Notes: generated by a model from the letters alone, not told the origin. A stretch of 64,000 bases of DNA from an uncultured Verrucomicrobiae bacterium (GCA_963735805.1 CAVTMK010000002.1:384001-448000), one strand, 5' to 3'. Counted from the first letter of the stretch, positions 37,316-48,965 are shown. Numbers and translations are program-made.

Positions 37316-39253
37316 ATGCAGCAGGTTACCGCGTTCTCAAGTCCGCAAACTGTCCCTAGTGCGCCTGCGGCCGCGCGAAAGCCGGGTTTGTGGATTTTAG
37401 ACAGCTGGCGCGATTTGGTTCTGTATGTCTGCACGCCGCTTTTGATAGTGCCGATCTTTCTGGTGGCACAGGCGCGTTGGAGTGCGCAGGACATTTACCT
37501 TTTTGTCGCGGCATTTGGCGCGATGGGTCACCATCTGCCAGGGATGATTCGCGCCTACGGGGATCGGGCGTTGTTCCAACGCTTCAAGTGGCGCTTTCTT
37601 TTTGCACCGGCTTTTTTAGTGCTGGTTTGCGTGGCGTTTTCCTTGTGGAATTTGCAGGGCATTGTGCTGGTTGCTTTTGTGTGGGGCGTTTGGCACGGCA
37701 TGATGCAGACGTATGGGTTCTGTCGTATTTATGACGCGAAAGTTGGTTCATTCGCTCAACTGACGCGGCGCCTCGATTTCGCATTGTGCGGGATTTGGTT
37801 TGCCACTGCGGTCCTTCTGTCGCCGCAGCGAATGACCGACACACTGGAGACCTATTATTCTGCTGGTGGACCTTTCATTCCGCCCGCGCTGCTCCGAACT
37901 GCACAGCAAGGATTGCTAGCGGTGGCATTGATTGTTGCGGGATTGTTCCTGGCAAATTATGTCCGGTCGTGGGTTCGGGGACAGCGACCAAGCCCGGTAA
38001 AGCTGGTGCTTCTTTTCACAAGCATCACTTTTTGGTGGTACTGCAACAACATCGTCGCCAGCGTTCTGGTGGGCGTCGCGTTGTTCGAAGTTTTCCACGA
38101 TGTCCAGTATCTCTCGCTTGTTTGGATTTATAATCGCAAGCGGGTCGAGTCAGACAACTCCATCGGCGGATTCATGCGTTTCGTGTTCCGTCGCAGTGGC
38201 TCGCTCGTGGGCCTATACGTAGGATTGATTTTCGCCTACGGAGCGCTGGGCTATTTCAAATCGAGTGTTGGTGTCGATTCGGTCAAAACCATTCTCACCG
38301 GCGTTGTCACTGCCTCCGCTTTGCTGCATTTTTATTACGACGGATTCATTTGGAAGGTGCGGGAGAAATCTACCCGGCAATCTCTCGGTATCACTGGCGG
38401 CACAATCGACGTTTCCTCGGGTGGTTTTCTTCCTGGGTGGGCATTGCACGGCGCGAAATGGGTAGGCGTCTTTGTCATTCCGTTGGGAGCGCTTTGGCTT
38501 GGACAAACACACACGTTCCGGAGCGAACTTGATCGCGTCGCCATGATCGCCGCGGATCTTCCCACCAGTGCGCGGGCCCATCTTAATCACGCAACTGCTT
38601 TGCAGGACGCCGGCCGAGTCGATGAAGCGGCTGAGGCTTTCTCCAATTCGCTGCGCCTAAATCCCGATTCAGCCAAGGCGCATGCCGGTCTCGCGACCAT
38701 TCTGATTGGCAAGGGGGAATTGGACGACGCGCACAAGCATTATGAAATGGCGCTGAAGATGGAACCTGACAACGCCGAGTACCACTCAGGTTACGCTTAC
38801 CTGCTGGAGCAAATGGGCCACGATGACCAGGCCGCAACGGAATGCGAGGCGGCAATCCGCCTGGCCCCGAAATCTGCACAAGCCCATTATAGCTATGGTG
38901 CCTTTCTGGAAAAACACGGCAAATCCGAGGAGGCCATCGCACAATATCGGGAGGCAGTCCGGGCCGATCCTCGTCTTGTCGATCCTCAAATAGATCTCGG
39001 AACTGCGCTGTTGGAAAAAGGCGATCTGTCAGAAGCAAAGGTGCATTTACAACAGGCGTGCAAGCTCGATCCAAAACTCGCTCAGCCGCATAATTACCTG
39101 GGAAAAATTTTCATGCGCGAAGGCAATATTCCCGGCGCGATTGCGGAATTCGAAGAGGCGTTACGTCTGCATCCCGATTTCCCGGAAGCCGAGGAAAACC
39201 TGCGTATGGCCAAGTCAAACGACGCGGGGTCTTTGACGTTATCGCCAAGGTAG
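37316..39253 (+). CDS. Multi-pass membrane protein with His motifs fused to C-terminal TPR repeats
   Basis: About 10 hydrophobic helices (GHH, WH..MQ.YG, FH.VQY, HFYYDG..W) followed by about 7 TPR units. Confidence 0.85.
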   Translation: MQQVTAFSSPQTVPSAPAAARKPGLWILDSWRDLVLYVCTPLLIVPIFLVAQARWSAQDIYLFVAAFGAMGHHLPGMIRAYGDRALFQRFKWRFLFAPAFLVLVCVAFSLWNLQGIVLVAFVWGVWHGMMQTYGFCRIYDAKVGSFAQLTRRLDFALCGIWFATAVLLSPQRMTDTLETYYSAGGPFIPPALLRTAQQGLLAVALIVAGLFLANYVRSWVRGQRPSPVKLVLLFTSITFWWYCNNIVASVLVGVALFEVFHDVQYLSLVWIYNRKRVESDNSIGGFMRFVFRRSGSLVGLYVGLIFAYGALGYFKSSVGVDSVKTILTGVVTASALLHFYYDGFIWKVREKSTRQSLGITGGTIDVSSGGFLPGWALHGAKWVGVFVIPLGALWLGQTHTFRSELDRVAMIAADLPTSARAHLNHATALQDAGRVDEAAEAFSNSLRLNPDSAKAHAGLATILIGKGELDDAHKHYEMALKMEPDNAEYHSGYAYLLEQMGHDDQAATECEAAIRLAPKSAQAHYSYGAFLEKHGKSEEAIAQYREAVRADPRLVDPQIDLGTALLEKGDLSEAKVHLQQACKLDPKLAQPHNYLGKIFMREGNIPGAIAEFEEALRLHPDFPEAEENLRMAKSNDAGSLTLSPR

Positions 39254-39289
39254 AATTCGGCAATTTCGAAGCCGCTCCTTAGAATGGCA

Positions 39290-39727
39290 TTACCATGGCG
39301 GCCGCGACAAGTAATCATCGAATCGACCGTCTTGAATCTGCGAGACAAGGCGGCGGAACGGTTCACGGGTGATCATGCATCCCCGCGCGACTTCAACATT
39401 ATCGTTAGGGCCCGCCAGCGAATCCAAGACCTTCTGGTACGCGGCACGATCGCAGCGCCGCAGGCCAACGAGAATGTAGAGTTTGCCCGCCGGCGTTGCA
39501 TCGGCCACCGCGCCTTGTAACTGCTGCGAGGCATCCGGCTTCTGTAGAACGGTTCGCAAATTCCGCTCGCCCTGAGACATGAGTCCGGCGACACCAATGC
39601 CGCCGAATGCGAACAATTTTTCCGTAGCAAGGTCACGCGGCGCTGAATTCTCGGACGCAGCTGCTACTGAAACATCAAGCTGCGCTAGGATTGTTCCGGC
39701 AATGAGGCTGAGAACGGATGTCTTCAC
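39290..39727 (-). CDS. Secreted hypothetical protein
   Basis: Probable GTG start with signal peptide; FAFGGIGVAG and GKLY.L.GL motifs. Confidence 0.65.
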   Translation of the reverse strand: MKTSVLSLIAGTILAQLDVSVAAASENSAPRDLATEKLFAFGGIGVAGLMSQGERNLRTVLQKPDASQQLQGAVADATPAGKLYILVGLRRCDRAAYQKVLDSLAGPNDNVEVARGCMITREPFRRLVSQIQDGRFDDYLSRPPW

Positions 39728-39908
39728 CTGGCAACGGCGCGGCGCTTGTTCATAAAGCAAGAATTAGACGAATATTCGCGCTGTAACGCGAACATTTTCT
39801 CGCGGAAGGATTCGATCACGATTGGGACCACCAGCCTTCGCGAGGGCTTCGGCCCGACAGATGAGTTAACATCCAGGCGCGAAACGCCCAAGATCGAAAC
39901 ATCCGACT

Positions 39909-40898
39909 TTAAAAAGTCCGGATATAAGCTTTCTCGCGGAGAGTGGCGATCCAGCGATCCTGAATTTGCGCCGCTTCGTCCTGGATCAATTTCTTCTCGA
40001 TATCGGCGCGGGCTTCAGCCAGCGATTTCGTCGTTCCACCACGTTTATCCTCGACCTTCAAAATGTAGTAATTGCCGGCATAATCGATGATGCTGCTGAT
40101 TCTGCCGATCGGCATGTTGAAGGCGAATTTTTCCAATGCGGGCGCCAGCGTGTTGCGTCCGATCCAGCCCCAGTCGCCGCCGTTCTCGCGCGTGCTGTCT
40201 TCAGAATAAACCTGCGCTGTTTGTTCAAATTCGCCGCCGCTGGCAAGTTTGCCGAGCACTTCTTCGGCCAATGATTTTTGCGCCTGGGCGTTCCCGGTGT
40301 CCTTCTGGCCAGAGATCATGATCATCCGCAGTTTGATCTCCTCCTTGCTTGAAAATTCTTCGCGATGCTTCCTGTAGTATTCTTCAATTTTTGTTGGGGA
40401 AGCAATCATTTGTGCCTTGACGTTGTGGCTGCGCATCGCCTGCACCATGATTCTTTCCAGTTCCTTTTCTTTGAATTCGCCCAGCGAATAATTCTGCGCC
40501 TCGAGCGTCTTGATAAATGTATTGCGATCGCCGCCAAAATTCTCTCGAATGATGTCGTGCACTCGCTGATCCACAACATGATCGGGGATTTGATAGCTTT
40601 CCTTCTTGAACGCCTGGATGATAAGCCGTCGATCGATCAAATCTTTTAAAGCAAGCTGCCGCCCTTCCTTGATCTTGTTTTCCAAGTCCTGACCGGTGAA
40701 TTGCGATCGCAACAGCCTTTCGCGCGGCCCGGATAACTGACGTACTTGCGAGTATGTGATTACGTCGCCATTTACAATCGCAGCGATGCCGTCCACCTGT
40801 TGCGGCTCCTGAGCAAATGCAGCGCAACAGATGGGCAAAAGAGGAAGCCCAAAGACTGCCAGCAATACGACGGCAAATGGACGCACGAAGTTTCTCAT
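39909..40898 (-). CDS. SurA-like PpiC-type peptidyl-prolyl isomerase
   Basis: Signal peptide, VDGIAAIVNGDVIT, F...A..YSED...GGD.GW and W...LR.KAYI. Confidence 0.9.
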   Translation of the reverse strand: MRNFVRPFAVVLLAVFGLPLLPICCAAFAQEPQQVDGIAAIVNGDVITYSQVRQLSGPRERLLRSQFTGQDLENKIKEGRQLALKDLIDRRLIIQAFKKESYQIPDHVVDQRVHDIIRENFGGDRNTFIKTLEAQNYSLGEFKEKELERIMVQAMRSHNVKAQMIASPTKIEEYYRKHREEFSSKEEIKLRMIMISGQKDTGNAQAQKSLAEEVLGKLASGGEFEQTAQVYSEDSTRENGGDWGWIGRNTLAPALEKFAFNMPIGRISSIIDYAGNYYILKVEDKRGGTTKSLAEARADIEKKLIQDEAAQIQDRWIATLREKAYIRTF

Positions 40899-43800
40899 AT
40901 TTTCCTGATCAGTTCCAAAATCTCTCCGAGCTGCTGCTCGATTTTGGTTCCAACTAAACGAGGGAATTTGCCCGCGACAAGTATAAAATCCCCACGCCGC
41001 GTCAGCATCAATTTTCGTTCCCGCACCTCAACCCGGCTGATCCCTGATTTTGCTGCGGCGAGCTTGATTTCGATGAGGTTAAACAAATTGTCAACCGCCG
41101 ACGGGAAGGGCCCAAAACGGTCCCGCCAGTCGCGTTGTAGACGATCCAATTGCTCATGCGCGGCGATTGCCGCCACATCGCGGTATGCGCGGATTCGCAG
41201 GGCAGGGTCGCTGATGTAAGTAGTTGGAATGAAGGCCGGAATGCGCTCCGATAGGGATGCTCCCCCAAACGCATGGGCAGACTGGACCCCGTCGCGCCTT
41301 GCCGGTGGCGCAATGTATTCCCCTTCGTTTGTGGCGACAAAATCCAGCTTCAAGTCGACATCCAGCCGAAACCGCACCTTTTCACCTTTCAGTTGTGCCA
41401 CAGCCTGCTTGAGCAGCTGGCAGTATAAATCGAAGCCGATCGCCACGATATGTCCGCTTTGAGCAGTGCCGAGAATGCTACCTGCGCCGCGAATCTCCAA
41501 ATCGCGCATGGCAATGCGAAAACCGGCGCCCAGCGAGCTGTACTGTTTGATGGCGCTGATCCGTTTGCGAGCTGCGCCAACGGTCATCATTTCGCGCGGA
41601 AGAAGCAGATAAGCGTACGCCTTGTGCTCGGCCCGTCCGACGCGCCCCCGTAGTTGATATAAATCGGCGAGACCAAACTGGTCCGCCCGGTCGATAATGA
41701 TCGTATTTGCGTTCGGTATGTCGAGGCCGCTTTCGATGATTGTGGTGCAAACAAGCACATCGGTTTTGCCGGCAATAAATCGCGCCATGACGCCTTCCAG
41801 TTCGTCGGCGTCCATCTGGCCGTGCCCAATCTCAACCCTGGCCTGCGGACAAAGATCGACAACCCGGTCCCGCACCCGCTCGATTGTCGCTACGCGATTG
41901 TGCAGGAAAAATACCTGTCCCTGTCGTTCCAGTTCGCGATCAATTGCGGCGCGAATTAGCCGCTCGTCATAAGCGGACACCACTGTTTCCACCGGTAAGC
42001 GGTTCAGCGGGGGCGTTTCGATCGTGGACATATCTTTTACGCCTACAAGCGAAAGATAAAGTGTGCGTGGAATCGGCGTAGCCGAGAGCGTTAGCACATC
42101 GACCAATTCGAACAGCTCTTTGAATTTTTCCTTGTGCAGCACCCCGAAGCGCTGCTCCTCGTCGATCACGACCAGACCGAGATCTTTGAACACGACGTCG
42201 CCCGAGATGAGACGATGAGTGCCAACGACAATATCGACGCCGCCCTCGCGCAGAAGCCGCAAGACTTTCTTCTGTTCGGATTGCGAACGAAAACGGCTAA
42301 GCATTTCGATGCGCACCGGGTAATCGAGCATGCGCTGCCGGAACACCTCGAAATGTTGCTGGGCAAGCACGGTAGTCGGCGCGAGCACAGCCACTTGTTT
42401 CCCCTCCATTACCGCCTTGAACGCAGCGCGCACAGCCACCTCGGTTTTTCCGAAACCGACGTCGCCGCAGATAAGGCGATCCATCGGTCGCGGACGTTCC
42501 ATGTCGATCTTCGTGTCGATGATCGCCTTCATTTGGTCCGGCGTTTCGCGAAACGGGAATGAATGTTCAAATTCCGCCTGCCATTTTGTGTCTGGGCCGA
42601 ATACGTGACCCGGATGCGTCTGGCGCTCTGCTTGAACAGCCAGCATTTTACCGGCGTAATCAAAAATGGAAGCTGCCGCTTTTATTTTGGCATGCGCCCA
42701 TTTTCCGTCGCCGAGCGAGCTGAGCTGCGGTGATTTTTTTCCTGCACCAACGTAGCGGGAGACGAGATATGCTTGCTCGAGTGGGACATACAGCTTCGCT
42801 TCATCTGCAAACTCGAGGGCAAGAACTTCCTGTTGTTCCTCCGGGTGAAGATCGCGGGGTCGAGCAAGGCCGTCAGTGACCCCAGGCATCGGTGCGACCG
42901 GCGGACGCGCTCTACCAATTCTTACCAGTCCCAGGAAACGGCCAATGCCGTGCTCAAGATGCACAACCAGGTCGTCCTCGTTGAGTTCGCTGAAATCGAT
43001 CTGGGCGCGGTGACGTTCCCCACGACGCAGGCGCCTGCGTCCGTGGGCCGCGAATCGCCCAAATAATTCCGCGGCCGAGAGGATGACGAGATTGGCGGCG
43101 GGAAAACAAAATCCGCGAGCAAGAATTCCTTCGACAAAATCAGCGCCCTCAATGCCATCTCCCATAATCTCGCGAAAGCGTTCAATTTCGCCTTCGGTCT
43201 GAAAATAAATGACGATTTTCGAGTCGTTCGCGTGCCATTCTTTTAAGCGTTCGACAAACTGCGCGCGTTTCGTCTCCGCGAGCACAAGGTCGCCAACGGC
43301 AAACTCTCCGACGTCACAGTCCTGAAATGCGCCGCTGAAATCTTCCGGGCCAGTCTCAATCCAGCCTTCACTGATCTGGATGTGCGCGTTCGAATTTTCT
43401 TCCGGTTCGATGTCCATTTTAAGGTCATCAGCACCGATGTAGTCGCGAACACGAGCGCCTTGATCCAGTGCTCCCTGGTCGAGCAAAATATCGACCGATC
43501 TTAGATCGCGTACTGAAGTTTGTGTATCGATGTCGAACTCACGCAGCGAGTCGATCTGATCTCCAAAAAATTCGAAACGAAAGGGTAATGGCGCCTGCCA
43601 CGAGTAAAGGTCGATAATGCCACCACGAACGGCGAATTGTCCACGAGTAGTCACTTGGGCCACCCGTTCATAACCGTTGGCCATCAGTTGTTCGAGAAGA
43701 CGCTCCATCTGTGCGGTTGCTCCACGCCGGAGCTGCGTGACCGCCGAGCCGAGCGTCCCGTGTCTCGGCGCGGTTTGATCGAGACTGGTACGCGTCGCAA

Positions 43801-44200
43801 CAACGATATGCGGACCGCGATCGCGCCCGATTTGCATGAGAACTGCCAGCCGTTCGGCAGCGATCTCCGGATCCGGCAGAACGTTTTCGACTGCTGCAAA
43901 CTCTGCTTCCGGCAGAAACAAGGCGTTTGGCTGCCAGTTAAGCAAGCTTTCGTAGAAGAGTTCCTGAGAATGGACGCTGGGACAAAGGATCCAAATCGTG
44001 GAAGCGACGTCCTCCCGATCGTCAGCTAAGAACCGATGGGAAGCGTCTGCGATTATGGCGGCCAGAAATGGCTGGGCTGGCTGGATAACGTGTGAAAACT
44101 GTACCGGCCATTGCGCTTCTCGTATTGCGCGAAGCTTGGTCGCGATGCGTTCGCTTGCCGCGACACGTTCCAGAAGCTTTATCCGGATCGGTTTTTCCAC
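40895..44200 (-). CDS. mfd: Transcription-repair coupling factor
   Basis: [41 protein letters not shown] and QLRGRVGR motifs; start uncertain (GTG 44200 or 44272). Confidence 0.96.
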   Translation of the reverse strand: MEKPIRIKLLERVAASERIATKLRAIREAQWPVQFSHVIQPAQPFLAAIIADASHRFLADDREDVASTIWILCPSVHSQELFYESLLNWQPNALFLPEAEFAAVENVLPDPEIAAERLAVLMQIGRDRGPHIVVATRTSLDQTAPRHGTLGSAVTQLRRGATAQMERLLEQLMANGYERVAQVTTRGQFAVRGGIIDLYSWQAPLPFRFEFFGDQIDSLREFDIDTQTSVRDLRSVDILLDQGALDQGARVRDYIGADDLKMDIEPEENSNAHIQISEGWIETGPEDFSGAFQDCDVGEFAVGDLVLAETKRAQFVERLKEWHANDSKIVIYFQTEGEIERFREIMGDGIEGADFVEGILARGFCFPAANLVILSAAELFGRFAAHGRRRLRRGERHRAQIDFSELNEDDLVVHLEHGIGRFLGLVRIGRARPPVAPMPGVTDGLARPRDLHPEEQQEVLALEFADEAKLYVPLEQAYLVSRYVGAGKKSPQLSSLGDGKWAHAKIKAAASIFDYAGKMLAVQAERQTHPGHVFGPDTKWQAEFEHSFPFRETPDQMKAIIDTKIDMERPRPMDRLICGDVGFGKTEVAVRAAFKAVMEGKQVAVLAPTTVLAQQHFEVFRQRMLDYPVRIEMLSRFRSQSEQKKVLRLLREGGVDIVVGTHRLISGDVVFKDLGLVVIDEEQRFGVLHKEKFKELFELVDVLTLSATPIPRTLYLSLVGVKDMSTIETPPLNRLPVETVVSAYDERLIRAAIDRELERQGQVFFLHNRVATIERVRDRVVDLCPQARVEIGHGQMDADELEGVMARFIAGKTDVLVCTTIIESGLDIPNANTIIIDRADQFGLADLYQLRGRVGRAEHKAYAYLLLPREMMTVGAARKRISAIKQYSSLGAGFRIAMRDLEIRGAGSILGTAQSGHIVAIGFDLYCQLLKQAVAQLKGEKVRFRLDVDLKLDFVATNEGEYIAPPARRDGVQSAHAFGGASLSERIPAFIPTTYISDPALRIRAYRDVAAIAAHEQLDRLQRDWRDRFGPFPSAVDNLFNLIEIKLAAAKSGISRVEVRERKLMLTRRGDFILVAGKFPRLVGTKIEQQLGEILELIRKI

Positions 44201-44283
44201 TGCTGAGTTTACGCCAAATTCCGCGAGAGTTGTAGGCCGGTGTCTACGTTCTTGCGCCTTCGGCGATAGCAACCGTTGCTTGC

Positions 44284-44341
44284 CAACGCGTTGAAGACAA
44301 CGCGTTCCACGTTAGGTGTATCGGATTCTCCGAAGACGATG
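44284..44341. repeat. GGTGGA-family arms (back to back)
   Basis: CAACGCGTTGAAGACAACGCGTTCCAC followed by GGTGTATCGGATTCTCCGAAGACGATG. Confidence 0.65.
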
Positions 44342-44354
44342 CCCGGGCCGAATT

Positions 44355-45368
44355 CTACAACGCTCTGCCGACGGCCGAGGCGACGGCGCGAAGGCGCGGA
44401 ACGAGCTCGGCGAAAATCTCCGGCGTAAGCGCCTGGTTTCCATCGCTCTTGGCCATTTCAGGGGAATCGTGCACTTCGATCATCAGCGCGTCCGCGCCGG
44501 CGGCGACCGCGGCCAGACACATCTGAGGAACAAATTCCCGGAGACCCAGGGCGTGCGCCGGATCGACAATGACGGGCAGATGCGTTTTAGACTTCAAGAG
44601 TGGAACAGCGCTCAGATCGAGTGTGTAACGGGCCGCGGTCTCGAATGTGCGAATGCCGCGCTCGCAGAGGATCACGTTCGGATTGCCCTCGTTGAGAATG
44701 TATTCGGCGCTCATGATCAAATCATAAATCGTGGCGCTGAATCCGCGCTTGAGGAGCACGGGAAGTCTGCTGCGGCCCACTTCTTTCAACAGCGAGAAAT
44801 TGTGCATGTTGCGCGTGCCAACCTGAAGGCAGTCGGCGTACTTCTCGATCATCGGGAGATCGCGCGGATCCATGACTTCGGTAACTACCGGCAGGCCCGT
44901 TTTCGCGCGAGCCTCCGCGAGGAAGCGGAGTCCGTCTTCGCGTAATCCCTGAAAACTGTACGGCGAAGTGCGCGGTTTAAACGCGCCGCCGCGCAATATC
45001 TTTGCGCCGGATTCTTTCACGATCGAGGCGATCGACTGAATTTGCTCCTGGCTTTCCACCGAGCACGGGCCACAAATCAAAACAACATCTTCGTGTTCGC
45101 CCAGTCGAACGTCGCCCACTACGACCGAGGAGGCTCCTCGAGAATCTCGCGCCGCGAGTTTGTACGGCTTCAATACGGGGATGATCGCTTCCACGCCCGC
45201 CATTGCGGCAATCGGCTTTTCGCGAAGGAGCGCCTCTGGTCCGATCACGCCGATGATTACGCGCGATGCGCCTCGGCTAATCTGTGCTTCCAACCCAAAC
45301 TCGCGTACCCGTGTGACGATCCGTTGGATCTGTTCTTCGGTGGCGGTGGGTTGCGTGATGACGATCAT
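44355..45368 (-). CDS. aroF: 3-deoxy-7-phosphoheptulonate (DAHP) synthase, type I-beta with N-terminal regulatory domain
   Basis: [37 protein letters not shown] and DP.H motifs. Confidence 0.93.
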   Translation of the reverse strand: MIVITQPTATEEQIQRIVTRVREFGLEAQISRGASRVIIGVIGPEALLREKPIAAMAGVEAIIPVLKPYKLAARDSRGASSVVVGDVRLGEHEDVVLICGPCSVESQEQIQSIASIVKESGAKILRGGAFKPRTSPYSFQGLREDGLRFLAEARAKTGLPVVTEVMDPRDLPMIEKYADCLQVGTRNMHNFSLLKEVGRSRLPVLLKRGFSATIYDLIMSAEYILNEGNPNVILCERGIRTFETAARYTLDLSAVPLLKSKTHLPVIVDPAHALGLREFVPQMCLAAVAAGADALMIEVHDSPEMAKSDGNQALTPEIFAELVPRLRAVASAVGRAL

Positions 45369-45446
45369 ATTCTTTGCAGAGGAATTATCAGAATGACGCG
45401 CCCCGGAATCTTCTGCAAGCCCAGATACGAGCCGCTCACGAGAGGC

Positions 45447-46055
45447 CTAATTCGTGATTGTGACGGGCGTTCCGACTGAGACTGATTTGAAGAAATCCAC
45501 AGCCATAAATTCGGGCATTCGGATGCAACCGTGCGAAGCGGGATAACCGGGAAGATAACCGGCGTGCATGCCGAAGCCGGGAGCGATCTGCATGTAGTAG
45601 GGCATGGACGCGCCTTTGTAATGAGTGCCGGGCGGTTTCGGATCCTTACCCAGCTCGATGTTGGGCATCACCACGTTCCCCGCGTCGTCCACATAATCGC
45701 CGTAGAGACTCGAAGCGTGATCCACATCTTTTCCGATGATTCGATACTTGCCGGGCGACGTGTTCTTGCCTTCACGGCCTGTCGACAATTGCGAAACACC
45801 GACCAGCTCGCCGCCCTTGTAAAAATACGCGCGCTGTTCGCCGAGACTAATCTTAATGGAGGGGCTTCCGCTTGCGTGATCGCCGTCCCAATACGAGACA
45901 GTGTCGCGCGGTGGACCGGCCGGCGCTTCACCGTAAACGCCGCCCAAATACTGCGTGTTGCCGGCATAACGGGCGTCCTCACCGCAACCCGCGACCAGCC
46001 AGACGAGACCAATAGAGACAATTACCCGCAAAAAACCCAACAAGGAATGATGCAT
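45447..46055 (-). CDS. L,D-transpeptidase (YkuD family) lipoprotein
   Basis: Lipobox LVAGC; STG..T.PG, MPY and HAG...ASHGCIRM motifs. Confidence 0.9.
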   Translation of the reverse strand: MHHSLLGFLRVIVSIGLVWLVAGCGEDARYAGNTQYLGGVYGEAPAGPPRDTVSYWDGDHASGSPSIKISLGEQRAYFYKGGELVGVSQLSTGREGKNTSPGKYRIIGKDVDHASSLYGDYVDDAGNVVMPNIELGKDPKPPGTHYKGASMPYYMQIAPGFGMHAGYLPGYPASHGCIRMPEFMAVDFFKSVSVGTPVTITN

Positions 46056-46392
46056 AGTTTCGACGGCGTTCTTAATGCGCAACCTGCGCAAAAAGTCAAG
46101 CGGTTGGGTCGCCACGCGGCGACGTACGCGGACATGGCAGCGCGATGTCCGCACCTCTACGAATGAGCCACGTAGTCGTTGACCGTCTAGCGATTGTCAT
46201 CCTGGCCCTAGGAAGGTGGATCGGCTTCTCCTGAAGACGATGAGATGGCCACTCGCCGAAGGCGCAAATGTCAGGTGACAAAGCCGCAGACAACGAGGGG
46301 ACTCACACAAGCGTTGTCGATTACTTAATGAAACTCGAGTGATCAGCGAAGACTGTGAGGTCCTTCGCTTCGCTCAGGATCACAGGGTGCTT

Positions 46393-48570
46393 TCATCTCG
46401 CGGCGCACCATTGATCCACCCAGTCGTTTACGGTTTTGTACCAGAGCTGGCTGTTCTGCGGCTTGAGCACCCAGTGTCCTTCGTCCGGGAAATACAACAT
46501 CTTCGACGGGACCTTCAGGACTTGGAGCGTGGTGAAAAGGTCGAACCCCTGCGACACATCAAGCCGATAGTCGTTCTGGCCGTGCACGACCAGCGTCGGT
46601 GTTTTGAAATTCTGTGCGTACTCGTGCGGCGACCATTTCCTGTAAACGTCCCGTTTTTTCCAGGGCGGACCGCCGAATTCCCAGTTCATAAACCAAAGCT
46701 CCTCCGTCGTGCCGTACGCAGACTCCGCGTTAAACGTGCCGTCGTGCGACACGATACATTTGAAGCGATCCGTGTGGCCTAACAACCAGTTCGCCATGTA
46801 ACCGCCGTAGCTCGCGCCGAGCGCCGCCTCGCGATTCTGATCGATGAACGGATAGGTTTTCTCCACGTAATCGAGTCCCTTCATCAGATCGACATACGGT
46901 TTCCCGCCCCAATCGCCGCTAATGGAATCGGTAAACTTCTGCCCGTAACCGGTCGAGCCGTGGAAATTGATCATCACCACCACGTAACCGCCAGGCTCGC
47001 GAACGCTTTCGGGGTTTCCCATCGCGGCGAACAACTCCGCGTTCCAGCGATACGACCAGGAATTTCCCCAAGCCCCTTGCGGGCCGCCATGGAGCAAAAA
47101 TTTTAGTGGATATTTTTTGTTCGGATCGAATCTCGGCGGTTTAACGATGAATCCCTGCACGTCGTCGTTGTTTGCGCCTTTGAACGTGAACGATTCCAAC
47201 GTCTGCATGTCGATCTGCGACAACAGTGTGTCGTTCATGTGGGTGACTGCGCGACTTACCGGTTTGACTTGGTGTTCGACCACGCTGTCATCTACCCGCC
47301 AAATCTCGTTAGGCGCTTGCGCCGACATGCGCGTGAAAAAAACCCGCCAGTTGGGCTCGATCGAGATCGCTAGATCATCAGCGTGCAGATTCGGCGCGAA
47401 TTCCATCGGCTGCTTGTCGTAAAGCACAAGCTGCCAAATGGGTGATTGCCCATGATCTTCAGCCGTTAGAAAAAACGCGCGCGAATCTGGCCGCCAAACA
47501 AAGCTGCCAACCGAACGATCCCAGCTCGCTGTTGCGCTCTTCGTTTCACCGGTTGCTTTGTAGTACACCAAGAGATTCCATTTGTCGGCTTCGAATCCTG
47601 CGCGCGCCTGCGACCGCCAAGCTATCGCATTCCCGTCCGGCGAATAAAGTGGCGTGGTGTCAGAGCCGGGACTGGCGGAAATTTTCTTTGGCGTGCCACC
47701 GCTGATCGGCACGATGAAAATTTCGTTGTTCGTGCTGGTCGCTTCGACTTCATCGATGTTCGACGTGTAAGCGACTTCCTGGCCGTCCGGCGAAATCGCG
47801 TACATGTCCTGACCGCCTAACGAGAACGGCGGCACGTCGTGATCGCCCGGGGTGAGATCGCGCGCGGTGTTCGAACTCTTCTGTAGTGGCAGCCGTGCCG
47901 GCTGCGATTCTGGAGATGAAGCAGGCGGCACGCCTGCCTCCACAGTTGCGTCGGCTGGAACCACAAACAAATGGCTGCGCTTGAACTCCGTGAACGCGTT
48001 CCAGTGGCGATAGAATAAACGGGAAAAGATTTTTGCTTTCACTTTGCTCTTCTTCAGCTCTTCGTCGCGTTGCTTGTTGCACGCATCATCTTTGCAATCC
48101 GGAAACACCGCCGAAACGAACACGATGTTCTTTCCATCAGGCGACCAGATAGCCCCGTCGGCGCCGGTTGAAATCGATGTGACCTGGTGCGGTTTTCCAG
48201 TCAGCTGTCCGCTGTCTGAATTGAAATCGCACATCCAGAGTTGAGTCGGATCGGTTGCTTTCGACGTCCAGATCAAGCGTTTGCCGTCAGGCGAAAACCG
48301 CGGACGCTCCTCGTGATTCGGCGTTGGGTTCAATCGACGCGATTCACCGCCGCTGGCCGGCACGATCCACAAATGCGAAATTCTGGTGTTCGCTTCCAGA
48401 TCAACATCAACGCAGTCGAATACGACCCATTTGCCATCCGGGGACGGCACCGGCGCGCCGACGCGCTTGAGTTTCATCATCTCCTCGAAGGTAAACGGAC
48501 GCTTCACGTTTTGGGCAAATACTGAACTGGCGAGAACAAGGCTAATTGCGGCGAGAATCTTCCAATGCAT
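46393..48570 (-). CDS. S9 family (dipeptidyl/acylaminoacyl) peptidase with PD40 propeller
   Basis: SPDG repeats; HGGP, GSTGYG, GASYGG (Ser), DYR (Asp) and DEGH (His). Confidence 0.93.
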   Translation of the reverse strand: MHWKILAAISLVLASSVFAQNVKRPFTFEEMMKLKRVGAPVPSPDGKWVVFDCVDVDLEANTRISHLWIVPASGGESRRLNPTPNHEERPRFSPDGKRLIWTSKATDPTQLWMCDFNSDSGQLTGKPHQVTSISTGADGAIWSPDGKNIVFVSAVFPDCKDDACNKQRDEELKKSKVKAKIFSRLFYRHWNAFTEFKRSHLFVVPADATVEAGVPPASSPESQPARLPLQKSSNTARDLTPGDHDVPPFSLGGQDMYAISPDGQEVAYTSNIDEVEATSTNNEIFIVPISGGTPKKISASPGSDTTPLYSPDGNAIAWRSQARAGFEADKWNLLVYYKATGETKSATASWDRSVGSFVWRPDSRAFFLTAEDHGQSPIWQLVLYDKQPMEFAPNLHADDLAISIEPNWRVFFTRMSAQAPNEIWRVDDSVVEHQVKPVSRAVTHMNDTLLSQIDMQTLESFTFKGANNDDVQGFIVKPPRFDPNKKYPLKFLLHGGPQGAWGNSWSYRWNAELFAAMGNPESVREPGGYVVVMINFHGSTGYGQKFTDSISGDWGGKPYVDLMKGLDYVEKTYPFIDQNREAALGASYGGYMANWLLGHTDRFKCIVSHDGTFNAESAYGTTEELWFMNWEFGGPPWKKRDVYRKWSPHEYAQNFKTPTLVVHGQNDYRLDVSQGFDLFTTLQVLKVPSKMLYFPDEGHWVLKPQNSQLWYKTVNDWVDQWCAAR

Positions 48571-48607
48571 AGAATTTCATATTGTGCTGAAACGCGCTAT
48601 AAATCGA

Positions 48608-48697
48608 GGTGGATCGGCTCGCCGCGGCGGGACGATGCCAAATGTTTGTGCCTTCGGCGCCTGAATTAACATCGCGTTGAGGACAACGCGATCCACC
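48608..48697. repeat. GGTGGA-bounded palindromic element
   Basis: Terminal inverted repeat GGTGGATCG...CGATCCACC with internal hairpins. Confidence 0.78.
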
Positions 48698-48710
48698 TTA
48701 GAATGCAGGC

Positions 48711-48926
48711 ATGGCCCAAGTAACAATCGAAACAATCAAGAACGGTCCTTACGTCGTGACAGGAGAAGTCGAGTTGATCGACACAGACGGAAACAAGTTT
48801 CCGGTGGAAAAACGAATGGCGCTTTGTCGTTGCGGCGCATCGACTGAGAAACCTTTTTGCGACGGAACGCATTCGAAGGTCGGCTTTCAAGCCGCTGAGA
48901 AAGCTGTGCCGGAGTCAAAAGAATAA
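48711..48926 (+). CDS. CDGSH iron-sulfur domain protein
   Basis: NGPY...ALCRCGAS.EKPFCDGTH..VGF. Confidence 0.93.
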   Translation: MAQVTIETIKNGPYVVTGEVELIDTDGNKFPVEKRMALCRCGASTEKPFCDGTHSKVGFQAAEKAVPESKE

Positions 48927-48965
48927 TCTTTTGTCATTCCGAGCGGAGTCGAGGAATCTCTAATT

